The translations under genes were made by a program, and so were the position numbers. Below are positions 1-10,340 of a DNA stretch of 20,000 nucleotides, piece after piece. Source of the stretch: Moniliella sp. 'wahieum'. Taxonomy: Eukaryota. The notes under the pieces were generated by a model. It had not been told where the DNA came from. It was given only the letters and a program-made list of their open reading frames with translations, and made no database searches. Location of the stretch: contig RSEE01000109.1 in the NCBI GenBank assembly GCA_003971905.1, positions 185,319-205,318 of the forward strand. The letters are read 5' to 3'. Position 1 is the first letter of the stretch. Each line of letters opens with the position of its first letter.

Positions 1-1633
1 CTACCGACACGGCGGGGACCTCGCCCCTAGAGACAGAAGAGAATGGCTCGGGCTTAGAGGAGGAGACGGGCGATGCAAAAGACAAACTGGTTCCAGGAGC
101 TGGGATCCCACCCATTGTGCTTCAGCTACGACCCGAGTAGGTTTTTACCCGTCTATTTCTCCTGCTGTCGGGCGTCGTGACTGTGACTGACTTTTTGACC
201 GACCCTTCTGTTGCTGCGGCTGTGAACTGCAGGACCTTCCCGCACCTTGCTACCCTCGCCAAGGAGTACAACCAACTGCGAGCCAAGGCCATCCAAATGG
301 AAGCTGCGTTGCGCCGGCGCCTGCCCGAGTCGGACCGACGACGCTTGGCGCTTCGTTCGGTCCCTGGTCGCGGTCCGGTCGTATGGTTGGACCGCTTGAG
401 CCCAGCGACAGCCGCTGCGCTCGGTGCGGGCCAAACGACAGATTTGCATCCAGGTTCGGACGCCGACGTGACCTGGTCATCTGAGCCCGTGCACTTTTCC
501 TCGCGGAACGTGAGCGGGCTACGTTCCGGTTCGGGCACGTTTATGCCCTGGACCAACTTGGCCGCCGATCTGGCCGCGGTACGGGATACGATTCGGTCGG
601 TCGAAGAGGACACCCTGGCTACGTTGGCCGAGCAAGTGTGGGAGGAGATGCCCGTATTGCGTGCCAACACTGAAGTGATGGACCGCTTGGATGTGCTGCT
701 GTGTCCTTTGCTGCCTTGGCGTCTGAACGTGCCCTGGTGCGGCCCGAGGTATATGCGCCGACAGCCCACGAGACAGGCGAGGCGGACGAGAGAGCGGTAC
801 CGGAGCTGGATGTGCGCGGGGTGCGTCACTTGGTGGTGGAAACGGCGCTGGAAGCCAATGGCCGCAACTTTACGCCGAACGACGTTGTGCTCACTGGGCC
901 TGTTCGGGCCGGGGTGATTACCGGGCCCAACATGGGCGGCAAATCGACGGTGCTGCGAGCCGTGGCCCATGCGGTCGTGTTGGCCCAGGCGGGCTCGTAT
1001 GTGCCTGCGTCGTATGCGCGGGTGGGGGTGGTGGATGGGCTGTATGCGCGGGTGGGCGCGCGCGACGCACTCTGGAACGATCAGTCGACCTTCATGCTCG
1101 AAATGCTCGAGACGGCCCACTTTCTCACCCACGCCTCCCGCCACAGCTTGGTCATCGCCGATGAGATTGGACGCGGCACCGCCGCCGAGACGGGCGTGGC
1201 GATCGCGCATGCCACCTTGGTCCATTTGACCCACTCCATCGGTGCACGCACCCTGTTCGCCACCCACTTCCATCCGATCGTGGCCCTGTTGGGGTACCCA
1301 GAACTGTTGACCTCCACTCCCACTCCCACTTCCACCTCTTCTTCTTCTTCTTCTTCTGCTGCTCCCGAGCGCAGCACGCCTTCTACCTTCCCCGCTGTCG
1401 CGCCCGCCTGGTTGGCCGCCAACGCTTCCGCTCAAGCACCCGACCCAACAGTCACCTTCTGGCACACCGATGCCCACGCGACACCGACCGGCGTGCTGTT
1501 TGACCACCGGCTCCGCCCGGGCGTCAACACCGATTCGTACGGTCTCGTGGTGGCTCGCTTGGCTGGCGTACCCAGACGGGTGGTGCAGCAGGCAGAGCAG
1601 ACGCTCAAGGCACTCATGCAGCCTATCTCGTGA
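1..1633 (+). CDS. MSH1: MutS-family mismatch-repair ATPase, mitochondrial MSH1 type; 3' part only, 5' end lies outside the window
   Basis: MutS domain V motifs in ORF 701..1633: Walker A ITGPNMGGKST, DQSTFMLEMLET (MSH1-type), Walker B SLVIADEIGRGT, TLFATHFH, SYGLVVARLAG. The upstream coding frame (3..136 and 233..~700) is joined by intron 137-232, with one frameshift near 700 (DVLL/SFAALA). Stop TGA ends at 1633. Confidence 0.85.
137..232 (+). other. Spliceosomal intron in MSH1 (96 nt)
   Basis: GTAGGT donor, GACTGAC branch-like site, TGCAG acceptor. Removal deletes the in-frame TAG and gives ...LQLRPE/TFPHLATLAKEY. Confidence 0.8.
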
Positions 1634-1886
1634 TATGACTCGTGAGACTGCTTCCTTCCTTCGCCCCCGCGCGCCTTCATCCAAGTTGTCTTTTCTGTAA
1701 CTCCAACGAAATCTCCTCTGCTTCCCCTCCTGCATTCCCATTGTGTTCCTTCTGCTTGGCTCTCTCTCATCCCTCTCCCCCTCCCTAAAAAGCATACCCC
1801 TCTATCCAACTACCTGCAGTTGCTGTCCAATCGGACGCCAACGACTAGCTGGAGGAAGAGAACGGCGGGATGCGGGCCAGGCGATC

Positions 1887-3804
1887 TTAATCATAGTGTG
1901 CCAGACGGTAGACGAGCACTTTGCCCCTCGAGTTGCTCACCGCGAGCCCTCGTCCGGTTGGATCAAAGTCAACGCTGGAGATATGGGCGAGGGGCGTGTT
2001 GGCAGTGGGCCAATTGGCAAAGACGGAACCCGATTGGGTGTGGAGGATGCGCAAAGCGTCCCGTTTGGGACGGCTGGCCATCGCCATCATCTCGCTTTGC
2101 GGGTGCCAGGCCATGGCGGTGATGGCGGTAGAAAGGTTGTTGAGCGTAGAGCGGGGCTGGATGGTACGTACGGTAGCGAGCTGGCCAGCGGCGACGGCGG
2201 CGGCCTGCTCTTCGGCCGATAAGAAGCTCGCTCCTCCCCCCGACGCGTCGGCGCCAGACAAGCTCGCCATGTCGTACAGCGACACAATCCCGTTGCTCGC
2301 GCCTACCGCCACCGTCTTACCGTCCGGCGAGGCCGAGAGACTACTGGGACGGAACAAGTCGGTATCCGTCGCTCGCAACGTCGAGGTGAGCATCCTCGTG
2401 TCCCACACCCCGATCTCGCCCGAACTCGTGAGCGACAAGAGACGCGGCGCCGTACCAAACGCCGCGCCGGACGTGACGTCCCATGCGATGCCAGCCACGG
2501 GACCAGGCGCCTGCAGCGTAGCGATCACCGATGCCGACCCAGCGCCCGACCGCCCCCAGTCCAACAAGTTCATCTCGCCTTGTCGCCCGCGAATCGCAAC
2601 CAGTGTATCTTTGCCGCCGCGGGCCTGCATCGACGGTGGCATGGGCCGCGCGTAGGCGAGCGAGCGCGACTCGTCGTCAGCGCGGGCACTTGCGTTGGAC
2701 AAGCGCCAGGGGGTGGAGTGGACGATTTTTGGCTGGCCAAGTCCCATGCATACAAGAACGGTCGGTCTCCCGATAAGAGCGCACTCGCATTCGTTCCGAC
2801 CGTAGCCCATGCGACGGTGCGGATGGGCAGGTGGGGCACATGCGCTTGCAGGACCAATTGGCCACCTGGGTCCCGCTGGGCAGCCGAAGCCGATGCCGAC
2901 GCCGAGTGCGAAAGCGAAGGAAGCGACCACAGTCGCACACGTCGGTCCCGCGAGCCAGTCGCAAGCAGTGGTGCCCCGCCCGTGGAAGCAGGGTAGAACT
3001 GCATGGCGTCAATGGCCGATCGTTGGGTCTCCTCCATGCTCGCCGTCACATCGCGCACACGCGTCACGACGAGTTGGTGGGCGGGCAAGGGGCCCTTCTT
3101 GCCCTGCCCGGATGCGGAGAGCAAGGGCCGGTCGCTGGCCAAGAGGGCCGACAGGGACGACGACGCAACTGCACCCGCACTGCCCACCTCGTCGTCCGTC
3201 GGGGGACGACGGAACATGCGCGCGGCCCAGGGTGGCGCAGGCGTCGTGCGCGCATGCAACGCGCGCAACCGCCTCGCGTACTCCTCCCCGTCCACCGACG
3301 TTTCCTCCGGGTACAGCCGCAGCTTCTTCAGCCGTCCCGTCCCCGCCACACCGCCATCGGCCGCGCGGGCCATCGGGCCAGCGAGCGGAACAGTGAGCCG
3401 CTGGTCGTCCGGATCCACCCAGGCTGGCCGACCATCAATCTGCTCTTTCTGCTTGGCGGCCTCGTCGTCGCTGTCGCCCTCGTCGTCACTGGCAGGGTCA
3501 GCGTGCTCGCTTGCCTCGTAGTCCGTCTCAGACTCGGAATCGGCGGCGTCCGTTCGGTGGTATGCGGTCTGGCTGTCGTCGTCGTCGTCGTCGTCGTCCT
3601 GGTCGCTGCTGTCGGTGGCGCTGCGGTCGTCGCCGCCGTCGAGGACAAAGAGCTGGTCGTCGGGCAGCGGGACGGGGCGGCGTCGTGGGTGGCGACGGGG
3701 CGGGAGCGGGAGCGGGAGACGGCGCCAAAGAGAGACGCTTCGAGCGCCGACTGGCTCGCCTCCTCCTCGGCGGTCAAGGGCTCGCGCGTGCGCTTGGGAG
3801 GCAT
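1887..3804 (-). CDS. UTP18: U3 snoRNA-associated WD40 protein UTP18 (SSU processome), 2 apparent frameshifts
   Basis: N-terminal EEE...LEASLFG, acidic tract, PAWVDPDD, GRLKKLR...EEYARRLR, WD40 repeats, and C-terminal NLSTAIT...WHPQSEMMAMAS...DALRILH...VFANWPTANTPL...GKVLVYRLAHY. Frame changes near 3675 (C-run) and 2726-2730 (A5 where A6 is needed). Confidence 0.9.
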
Positions 3805-3825
3805 GGTGGGATGGATGGTGTTGCC

Positions 3826-3923
3826 TCAATTTTTTTCCAGCGGACGAGTGCGTCGGGCCGCCCTAAAAATACGCGGTGCAACGCCGGTGCGTTTGCACCG
3901 ATCCGCCGCTGCGTGCACGTGAC
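3826..3923 (-). promoter_or_regulatory. Putative UTP18 promoter elements: RRPE-like GAAAAAAATTG (~3827-3837) and E-box GTCACGTG (3916-3923)
   Basis: Both motifs are seen 25-120 bp upstream of the ATG. They resemble the ascomycete rRNA-processing element and the Cbf1-type E-box. Function is inferred only. Confidence 0.3.
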
Positions 3924-4131
3924 TGGAAACGAGGCAGTCTTGGCCAGCTGGAAATGAAATCCACTGTCATTCTTGGGCTATTTTATTAGCAAACACCACC
4001 ACTGCTTCCACTACCATGACGCTACAAGCGCGCACCTGACGTGCTTTTAGTCGGAGCATACGCATGTGCCGCACACAGAGAAGAAAGACTGCGTCTGGTT
4101 GTAGAAATGTCAGAGAAGCCTCTTATTCATT

Positions 4132-5652
4132 CTACTCGGCGGCAATGTTACCCAGTTCGTGGAGGTACAGGGCCATGACCTTCGATCCCTCAATAAAGTT
4201 GCTCACATCCAGCTTTTCCACCGAATGCGCGCCATCGTCCCCTTTGCCAACCGGGAGGAGCAGGAGGTTCTTCCCCAACGTCTCAGCAAACGAAAGTGCC
4301 ACAGGAATCGAGCCTCCCTCGCGCGTCAAGTCCGGCGCGACGCCGTAGACTGCCTCGATCGCTTTGGACGCAGCCGCATAGTTCCAATGGTTCGGATCTT
4401 CGACCCACGGCTTGCCACCGGGCTCGGCCTCGAGCGTCATCTTGTTCCTACTTCCAAGTTGGGCCCACAGCTGGTTGATGTACTTGGTCACGCACTCGAC
4501 CACTGCGTCTGGGGTCATGTCGGGTACGAGGCGAAGAGAGAACTTGCCAATCACCTTGGCAGGGATGACAGTCTTGGTACCCGACTCGGAAAAGCCACCC
4601 TCGATCCCATGAAGAGACAAACAGGGATAGCGCATCCGAGCCATCAACAGTGTTTCCTTTTCATCCGACGTTGTAATATTGGCCTTCACGTTCTTTTCCA
4701 GACTTGCCACTTCAAAGTCCATTGCCTCGTACCGCTTTGCTTCTTCGGGAGTGAGTGGCAGGACAAGTTCTTTGATCCCGGGCACAAGAATCTCCCCCTG
4801 GGGCGTGACAAGCTGGGACATGATCTTGAACAAGTCCGTCATGGGCTCATACACCATCCCACCAAACAAGCCCGAGTGCAAATCAGCCCCGGGGCCTTCG
4901 ATCTTGAGAAGAAAGTACTGCACCCCCCGTAGGCCATAGGTCAAACACGGTTTGTTGCCCAACCAGTAATTGTCCGAGATGCAAATCGCATCGACACCGG
5001 CCAGGAACCCGTCCTTTTCCCGCTCAATCATCTCATTCAACCCCACCGAGCCCGACTCCTCCATTCCTTCCAGGCAAAATTTGAGGTTGACCGGTAACTC
5101 GACCCCGGCCTGCTGGTATGCGTCAATCACGTTGAACCACGCTAGCACCGGACCCTTGTCGTCCGTCGCACCACGGCCCCACATCCGGCCCTCGTCATCA
5201 ACAGACAGCACAAATGGCTCCGTCGCCCATCCGTCCGCCTTGGACGCCGGTTGGACGTCGTAGTGCTTCGTGCAATCACCATCCGAGAACGTCAGTATCA
5301 TATACCTTCTCCCTTTCTTCAACGATACTTAACCCGCACGGAACAAATCAAGACGTACGCCATAAATCAAGATGGTGCGCTTGGCCGGGTCTGAACCCAA
5401 CTGGGCCAAGACGGCAGAGGGGAGATCAACTTCTTGTCCCTCGAGCGTCTGCTTGCCGAGCGGTTCCAGCCGCGCATCTGCCCCTACCTTTTGGAACTGA
5501 GCCAGAAGAAAGTCGCCCATCGCGTACACATTCGTTCGGTGCTGCAGTGACGCTGAGACCGAGGGGATGGCAACCGCATGCGCCAGACGCTCAATGTATG
5601 CCGCTTGGTTGGCCTCGATTTGGGCTAAAACAGAGTCGGTAGGCGCTGGCAT
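4132..5652 (-). CDS. DUG1: Cytosolic M20 metallodipeptidase (Cys-Gly dipeptidase DUG1 / CNDP2); exons 5652-5359 and 5265-4132
   Basis: ILIYG/HYDVQP split by intron 5266-5358 (GTACGT...ACTGAC...AAG). Motifs GRGATDDKGP, EGMEESGS, ISDNYWLG, DLHSGLFGG, TREGGSIP, DDGAHS. Exon 2 is an intact frame. Confidence 0.92.
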
Positions 5653-5859
5653 GGTGGAGAGAGGAGAGAAGGGCAGTGGAAGCTGGAGGGGGTGGTGGTG
5701 GGATGGAAAAGACAGGAGGTGGTGGGGTTGGGCTGATTGGGAGGCTGAGGCGAACCCTGGTTCTTTCCAGGCTTAGATATAGGGGGCCATTATCAGGGGC
5801 CAAGAGCTAGAAACGGTTGTGTTGCCCATACTGCGTATACCACACCACAAAGGGGCTTA

Positions 5860-5922
5860 TGAGTCAGGCACACGTTTATCATCCACACACTGGGTTAGAG
5901 CCATGTCCCAAAGTTGCGTCAT
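5860..5922. promoter_or_regulatory. Gcn4/CpcA (AP-1)-like element TGAGTCA (5860-5866) and variant TTGCGTCAT (5914-5922) upstream of DUG1
   Basis: Motifs lie ~210-270 bp upstream of the DUG1 ATG. Amino-acid-starvation control of a dipeptidase is plausible but inferred. Confidence 0.3.
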
Positions 5923-5933
5923 GACCGCCAACT

Positions 5934-6032
5934 GTTCCATTAGCTCAGTTGGCTAGAGCGTCCGACTGTTACACAGACGGCCTGTGCCCCTTGGGCATCG
6001 GGAGGTCGTTGGTTCGAGCCCAACATGGAACG
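5934..6032 (+). tRNA. tRNA-Asn (GTT) with a 25-nt intron (5972-5996)
   Basis: Acceptor stem GTTCCAT/ATGGAAC with discriminator G, D-arm GCTC..GAGC, anticodon stem TCCGA/TCGGG with CT-GTT-A loop, intron after position 37, T-arm GTTGG-TTCGAGC-CCAAC. Confidence 0.95.
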
Positions 6033-6041
6033 TTTTTTTTT
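6033..6041 (+). terminator. RNA polymerase III terminator (T9)
   Basis: Oligo-T run directly after the tRNA discriminator base. Confidence 0.85.
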
Positions 6042-6495
6042 GTCTTTCAGAACGATCTTGAGTCTGAACCTCGATCCCCCGTTCTTTGTCCTTAGCCTCT
6101 TTCTTCAATCGAGACGCCACTCAAACTCTGCACTCGTCAACACAACACGCCTTCACGAAGCCACCTCCCAGGCAAGCAGCAATCTCAAGCAGCAACCTCG
6201 CTGTGTTGTTGAGAAGTTTCGTACTAGCAACTGTTGAATTGAAGGGTAGTCATCCATCCATCTTGGCAGTATGCCTGGCACTGACATTTCCTGGTGCACA
6301 TGCACACACACCATGCTGGTCTCATGCGTCGATTCGACCCTAGGCAGCAATGGCGTTTCGACCTGTTCTCCGGCACCTAACCCTCTGGGAGACAAAAAAA
6401 AACTCGCGCTATGGAGACCTTGAGCGTTTCTGCCCAGGCGGCTCCCTGGGGATCATTCATGCTTCATCGATCATCCTCTCCACCGCGACCGCAAC

Positions 6496-7251
6496 TTAAT
6501 GGTGCTCCTCCTGGTGGTGACCAGCCGGGTGCTCAAACAGCGACCGGTCCGCCTCGTACTCGCCCGAGGTGAACTGTTTGTGCCACAGCATCGATGGCGT
6601 CCACCGTACAGGCAGGCGGTGGTACGTCTAGGGGAAAACCCAAACAACCCAAACAACAAATGAACAAATCGACAAAGAAACAAAGAAACAAAGCAAGGGG
6701 AGCGTCAGTATCGCTCTTTCTTTCTCCCGGCACTAAGGCACCCAAAACACCCAAAGCACGCAAAAGCACCCGAGCACCCTGAGCACCCAAGCCCCAAGCA
6801 AGCACACGTACCACCCGGTCGCCCATCTCCATGCGGAAGGCAAAGTAGTTGATGAAGATGAGGCCGGCCATGCCGATCGCCGTGTTGACCTTCCACCGGG
6901 CCGGGCTGGGGAACGCAGGGGTTAGCATCGCACAGTACAAGGGGTAGGGGGTAGGGATCAGGGGGAGGATATACGCACTTGGGCTGCTTGCCACCAAGAG
7001 GCGTCCAAGGCCTGTATCCCTGCTTCTTTTCCGTGCGCCTGAACAGCCGACGCAGGCACCAAACAACGGGGGGACAGGGCAGGTACTGGTCAGTTTTCCA
7101 TCGGGCCGAAGGGTGGCCAAAGAGCCACCGGGCGCCAGAAGACACAGGGGAGAGGGAGGGAGGGGGACGGAACCAAGGGGCGCTCCCCCCGGTGGAGGGG
7201 GGGGGGTTCATAGAGCCCATCGGACCGGACTGGGGCCAGCGGACGTACCAT
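6496..7251 (-). CDS. Small single-TM protein resembling the fungal complex I accessory subunit NUUM; 4 exons (7251-7249, 7038-6979, 6905-6812, 6627-6496)
   Basis: Three canonical GT-AG introns with CTRAC branch sites. Spliced product ...GYRPWTPLGGKQPNPARWKVNTAIGMAGLIFINYFAFRMEMGDRVTYHRLPVRWTPSMLWHKQF...HH* follows the fungal W-[ST]P-x-GG...P-x-x-WK-x-NTA...RW-x-PS-x-x-W pattern. It needs one indel near 7020 or a downstream AG acceptor for intron 1. Confidence 0.7.
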
Positions 7252-8105
7252 GGTGTCAGGGGGGCAACACTGGTGGTGACGGCGGACGGCGAGCACCCCC
7301 GCTTAGAAATCGAGCCCGAATGCCAACCCTGTGCGTTGCCTGTACGTAATGCTGCCTCCTGCCCCGCACCCAGCGCCCATTTCATGCGTGATGCATGATG
7401 CACCACCGCCTAATTGGCAGACAGGCTGTGGTTGCAAGCCTACGCGGCTTGGCCGCCGAGCCAGAGGCCAACACCAAGGAGCGCGACAAGACGCGAAATG
7501 GTGCGGGCCGTGCTGGCCGGCAGCCAATCCTAATGGTCTGCCGTTAAGGGTGGCCTGGATCCGGGTCCGTGGGCAACGTACATCTATCTATTTGCAGTTT
7601 TCTCTTTGGCTCGGCGGAGGAAGGGGAGGAAGGGGAAGGGGGGGGGGTGGCAGAAAACGTGAGATTGCAGGTTGGGGCTCGAGGGAAATGATGCAGGCAA
7701 GAGGCGATGATCTGGCCGGTAGGGGCATCGGTCGAACGGACATGCGAGGCGTCGGAAACAGGTTGGCTAGACCAAAGGGGGGCAAGCTTACTACGTAGTC
7801 AGGGGATCGAGGGTCCAGGCGATGGAGCCATAGCCACCTAGCCACCTAGCCACCTGTCCCCAGACGAGACGAAGAGTAACGGCCACACCTGGCCAAAGGG
7901 AGGCAAGCCGGCCCACTGGAAGATGGTGGAAGCAAGAAAGGAGGAGCAGGGCAGCCCAGCAAGGACGGTGCCTCTTCCCCTCACCAAGCCCGTCCGTATT
8001 ACCCCAAGGGTGGACCAAGGGACAAAGCAGGGTCCTGCAAAGGTGGCGCGTGTCGCTTCTCGAGTACTCTCGTGTGCTACACCGCCTGCGAGAAGAAACG
8101 GGGTG

Positions 8106-9268
8106 CTACTGGGTCTTTTTGGGCCTGCGCGGCGAAGCGATGGGCCGACCGGGCGCCAGGCCGGGGTAGGCATACTTGAGCTTTTTGTCGGCCGGTTTGA
8201 GAATCTGGAAGGAACAGAGCAACGTTTCGTCGACGCTCATCATCGCTCCGGCATTGTCAAACTCGCCACAATAGTTGGGCGCGGAAAAGAGGGTGACAAG
8301 CTGCCGCTTGGCAAAAAATTCGTACCCATCCTCCACCACTTGGTGCGCGCGACAGATCAGGTCCAGGTCGTGGCGTTGCAAAAAGCGAGCGACAACGTCA
8401 GGACCAAACGTAAAACTCACTCCTCGATCGTTCTCCGACCACCCGGCCACATCCTTATCCGGATCCGACCAGAGTAGGTCACAGAGTAGCCCCGTGTCGG
8501 GCACATCGGTGGGCCGCATGACCCGGCGAATCTGTTCCATGCTCTGCAGGTCGGGAGACAGGCCACCGTGCATGGTGAAGATCTTCTCGTCAATCAGCGC
8601 TGCGATGGGGAGACAGTTGAAGCAGTCGGTAAATGTTTTCCATAGCTTGATGTTGAACCTTCGTTGCCTAAAGGATGCGAGATCAGCTGGAGCCAGTGTA
8701 TGAGGCAGGAGGAGAGGGGGGGGGGACGTACACTCGTCATAGAATCCGTAGATACGGTTGATCGATGCACACTCGTGGTTGCCGCGCAGGATAAAAAAGT
8801 TTTCTGGGTATTTGATCTTGTAGGCCAACAAGAGACAGATGGTCTCGAGCGACTGCTTGCCTCGGTCCACATAGTCGCCCAGAAAGAGGTAGTTGGCTTC
8901 GGGGGGGAAGCCGCCATACTCAAACAGACGCAGCAGGTCGTAGTACTGACCATGGATGTCGCCGCAGATCTTGATAGGCGCCTCGAGTTCGAGAAGGATG
9001 GGTTGGTTGATGAAGATATCGCGCGCCTTGAGGCACAGATGCTGGATCTCGTACTCCTCGAGGTGCACGGGCTTGCCCGGGCGCGATCCACGCACTGGGC
9101 AGGGCCGCAGCGCAGGGCAAGGTTCGCAGCGCAGGGTTAGTGGGGAGAGGAGCGGGTGCAGCAGGCGGACACAACGCCCGGGCCGGGGGAAGAGAACATA
9201 CCCTCGAGGAGGCGGTCGATGATGTTGTCAAGGTCGACCTCTGGGGTGGTCTTGGGGGCGTCGGCCAT
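8106..9268 (-). CDS. GLC7: Serine/threonine protein phosphatase 1 catalytic subunit; exons 9268-9202, 9094-8732, 8667-8106
   Basis: [56 protein letters not shown]. Introns 9095-9201 and 8668-8731 have GT donors, branch sites and AG acceptors. One base is missing at ~8664 (CKRR codons). Confidence 0.97.
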
Positions 9269-9301
9269 GATCACCTATCGCAGCACGGGGCACGGCGCGG
9301 G

Positions 9302-9421
9302 GGTGCTGGTGCTGGTGCTGGTGCTGGTGCTGGTGCTGGTGCTGGTGTTGGTAATGGAGATGGAGGCGGAGATGAGGGTGGAGATGGAGGTGGCGATGAC
9401 GATGGCGATGACGATGGAGAG
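9302..9421. repeat. Hexanucleotide microsatellite (GGTGCT)7 followed by degenerate hexamers (GGAGAT/GGCGAT/GACGAT) upstream of the PP1 ATG
   Basis: Seven perfect GGTGCT units at 9302-9343, with hexamer phase kept to ~9421. Confidence 0.85.
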
Positions 9422-9869
9422 CAGATGCTCCACAGTGTGAGGAGCAGGTGGGTGGGCAGGCCGGACGAGGGCCGAGGGGTGAGGGACGCGCAGGGACACT
9501 GGCGTGGTGCGGTGGTGGGTGATGGTGGCGCAGAGGGGTGTGGGGTCGCAGGTACTTAGGCCTATGAGAATCTGGCCACTTGGCAAGCAGCCAGCCAGGG
9601 GCCCAACTAAAGTGCAGCCAAGTAAGCGCAGTCCCGTGGCCATCGCTGGGGTTATATGATAAGCGACGATAAGAAGGGCCAGCTGCTGGCGACAAACGGG
9701 CGCCTCGGACGCCCCCCAGCAAACGTCGTTTACGCCGCTGTTGGGAAAGCCACTCGGCCTCAGGTGCGCCTCTGCCGTTCGGCGCCATCGCCTCCGTTCG
9801 TCTCCGACCCACCACCAGCCCCTCCCACGCGGAATCGTGCGGCTTCCAACTGCCCCCGCCTGCCGGCTG

Positions 9870-10008
9870 ACAACGTCTACCTTTTGCGGTATGGCCGAGT
9901 ACCTTGCACCCGAAGTGGTTCTGGGCCAAGCGCAGAGCTACGAGGTGGACTGGCGCAGCTTTGGGACCACCGTTGTATGAGATGTTGATGGGCATCACGC
10001 TGTTTTGG
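9870..10008 (+). pseudogene. Isolated degenerate fragment of an AGC-family Ser/Thr kinase (subdomains VIII-IX)
   Basis: TTSTFCGMAEYLAPEVVLGQAQSYEVDWRSFGT, then a +1 shift at ~9970, then LYEMLMGITLFW, versus consensus TFCGTxEYLAPE...YxxxVDWWSxG..LYEMLxGxxPF. No GxGxxG, HRD or DFG was found upstream and no C-lobe downstream. Confidence 0.75.
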
Positions 10009-10332
10009 CTGATCCGACAATTTCCTCTCCTTGTTCTTCTCCTTATCTCCGTCTTGCTTCTCTGTTCTCCTCATATTAGACCCTCGTTTCTGCCAGCGTG
10101 TGGGAGCATGTGAGGACTATCAACACGAAACTCACACCCCTGGGCCCGTTTTCATTCCACCACGCCAAAGAGTTGGCAACAAAATGTATTAAGTTACCGC
10201 CATACATGCTATGGGTCGAGAAGGATCTGATCTTGCGGATGGAAAATGGATCAGGCGGCACTCAGGCCGGCCTGAAGGGGATCAGTGGGTACCTTGTTTT
10301 AACGGCCCAAAAGAAGGTTAGAGAACGCAACC

Positions 10333-10338
10333 AAAAAA
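10333..10338 (-). terminator. RNA polymerase III terminator (T6 on the minus strand)
   Basis: A6 on the plus strand, 2 nt beyond the discriminator of the minus-strand tRNA. Confidence 0.75.
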
Positions 10339-10340
10339 TT

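Noticed and set aside
122..1795. 557-aa minus-strand ORF and many other long overlapping ORFs (e.g. 2831..3922, 18618..19940)
   Set aside because: These are antisense or alternate-frame shadows of real genes in GC-rich DNA, with Arg/Gly/Pro-rich composition and no family motifs.
4205..4230. DUG1 DDGAHSVEKLD is one residue shorter than the usual HSxNEKL
   Set aside because: Lineage variation cannot be distinguished from consensus error, and the metal ligands are intact.
6394..6480. Minus-strand T9 run with upstream TGA-rich motifs as a possible Pol III or box C/D RNA
   Set aside because: There are no convincing A/B boxes or C/D pair with a terminal stem. It is better explained as the 3' UTR of the NUUM-like gene.
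7831..7854. (TAGCCACC)3 tandem repeat downstream of PP1
   Set aside because: It is a short simple repeat in a probable 3' UTR, with no spacers or other structure.
8668..8731. Apparent ~21-aa insertion ([20 protein letters not shown]) in the PP1 catalytic domain
   Set aside because: It is a canonical 64-nt intron (GTACGT...GCTGAT...TTTAG). It reads through only because a base is missing just after the acceptor.
9302..9421. Repeat tract as a CRISPR-like or telomeric array
   Set aside because: It has no unique spacers, is not TTAGGG-like, and sits in a eukaryotic context; it is a microsatellite.
10076..10261. Minus-strand peptide FSTH...LIHFVANSLAWW faintly resembling a rhomboid HxxxN motif
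   Set aside because: It is too short and weak, with no GxSG motif or further transmembrane segments.
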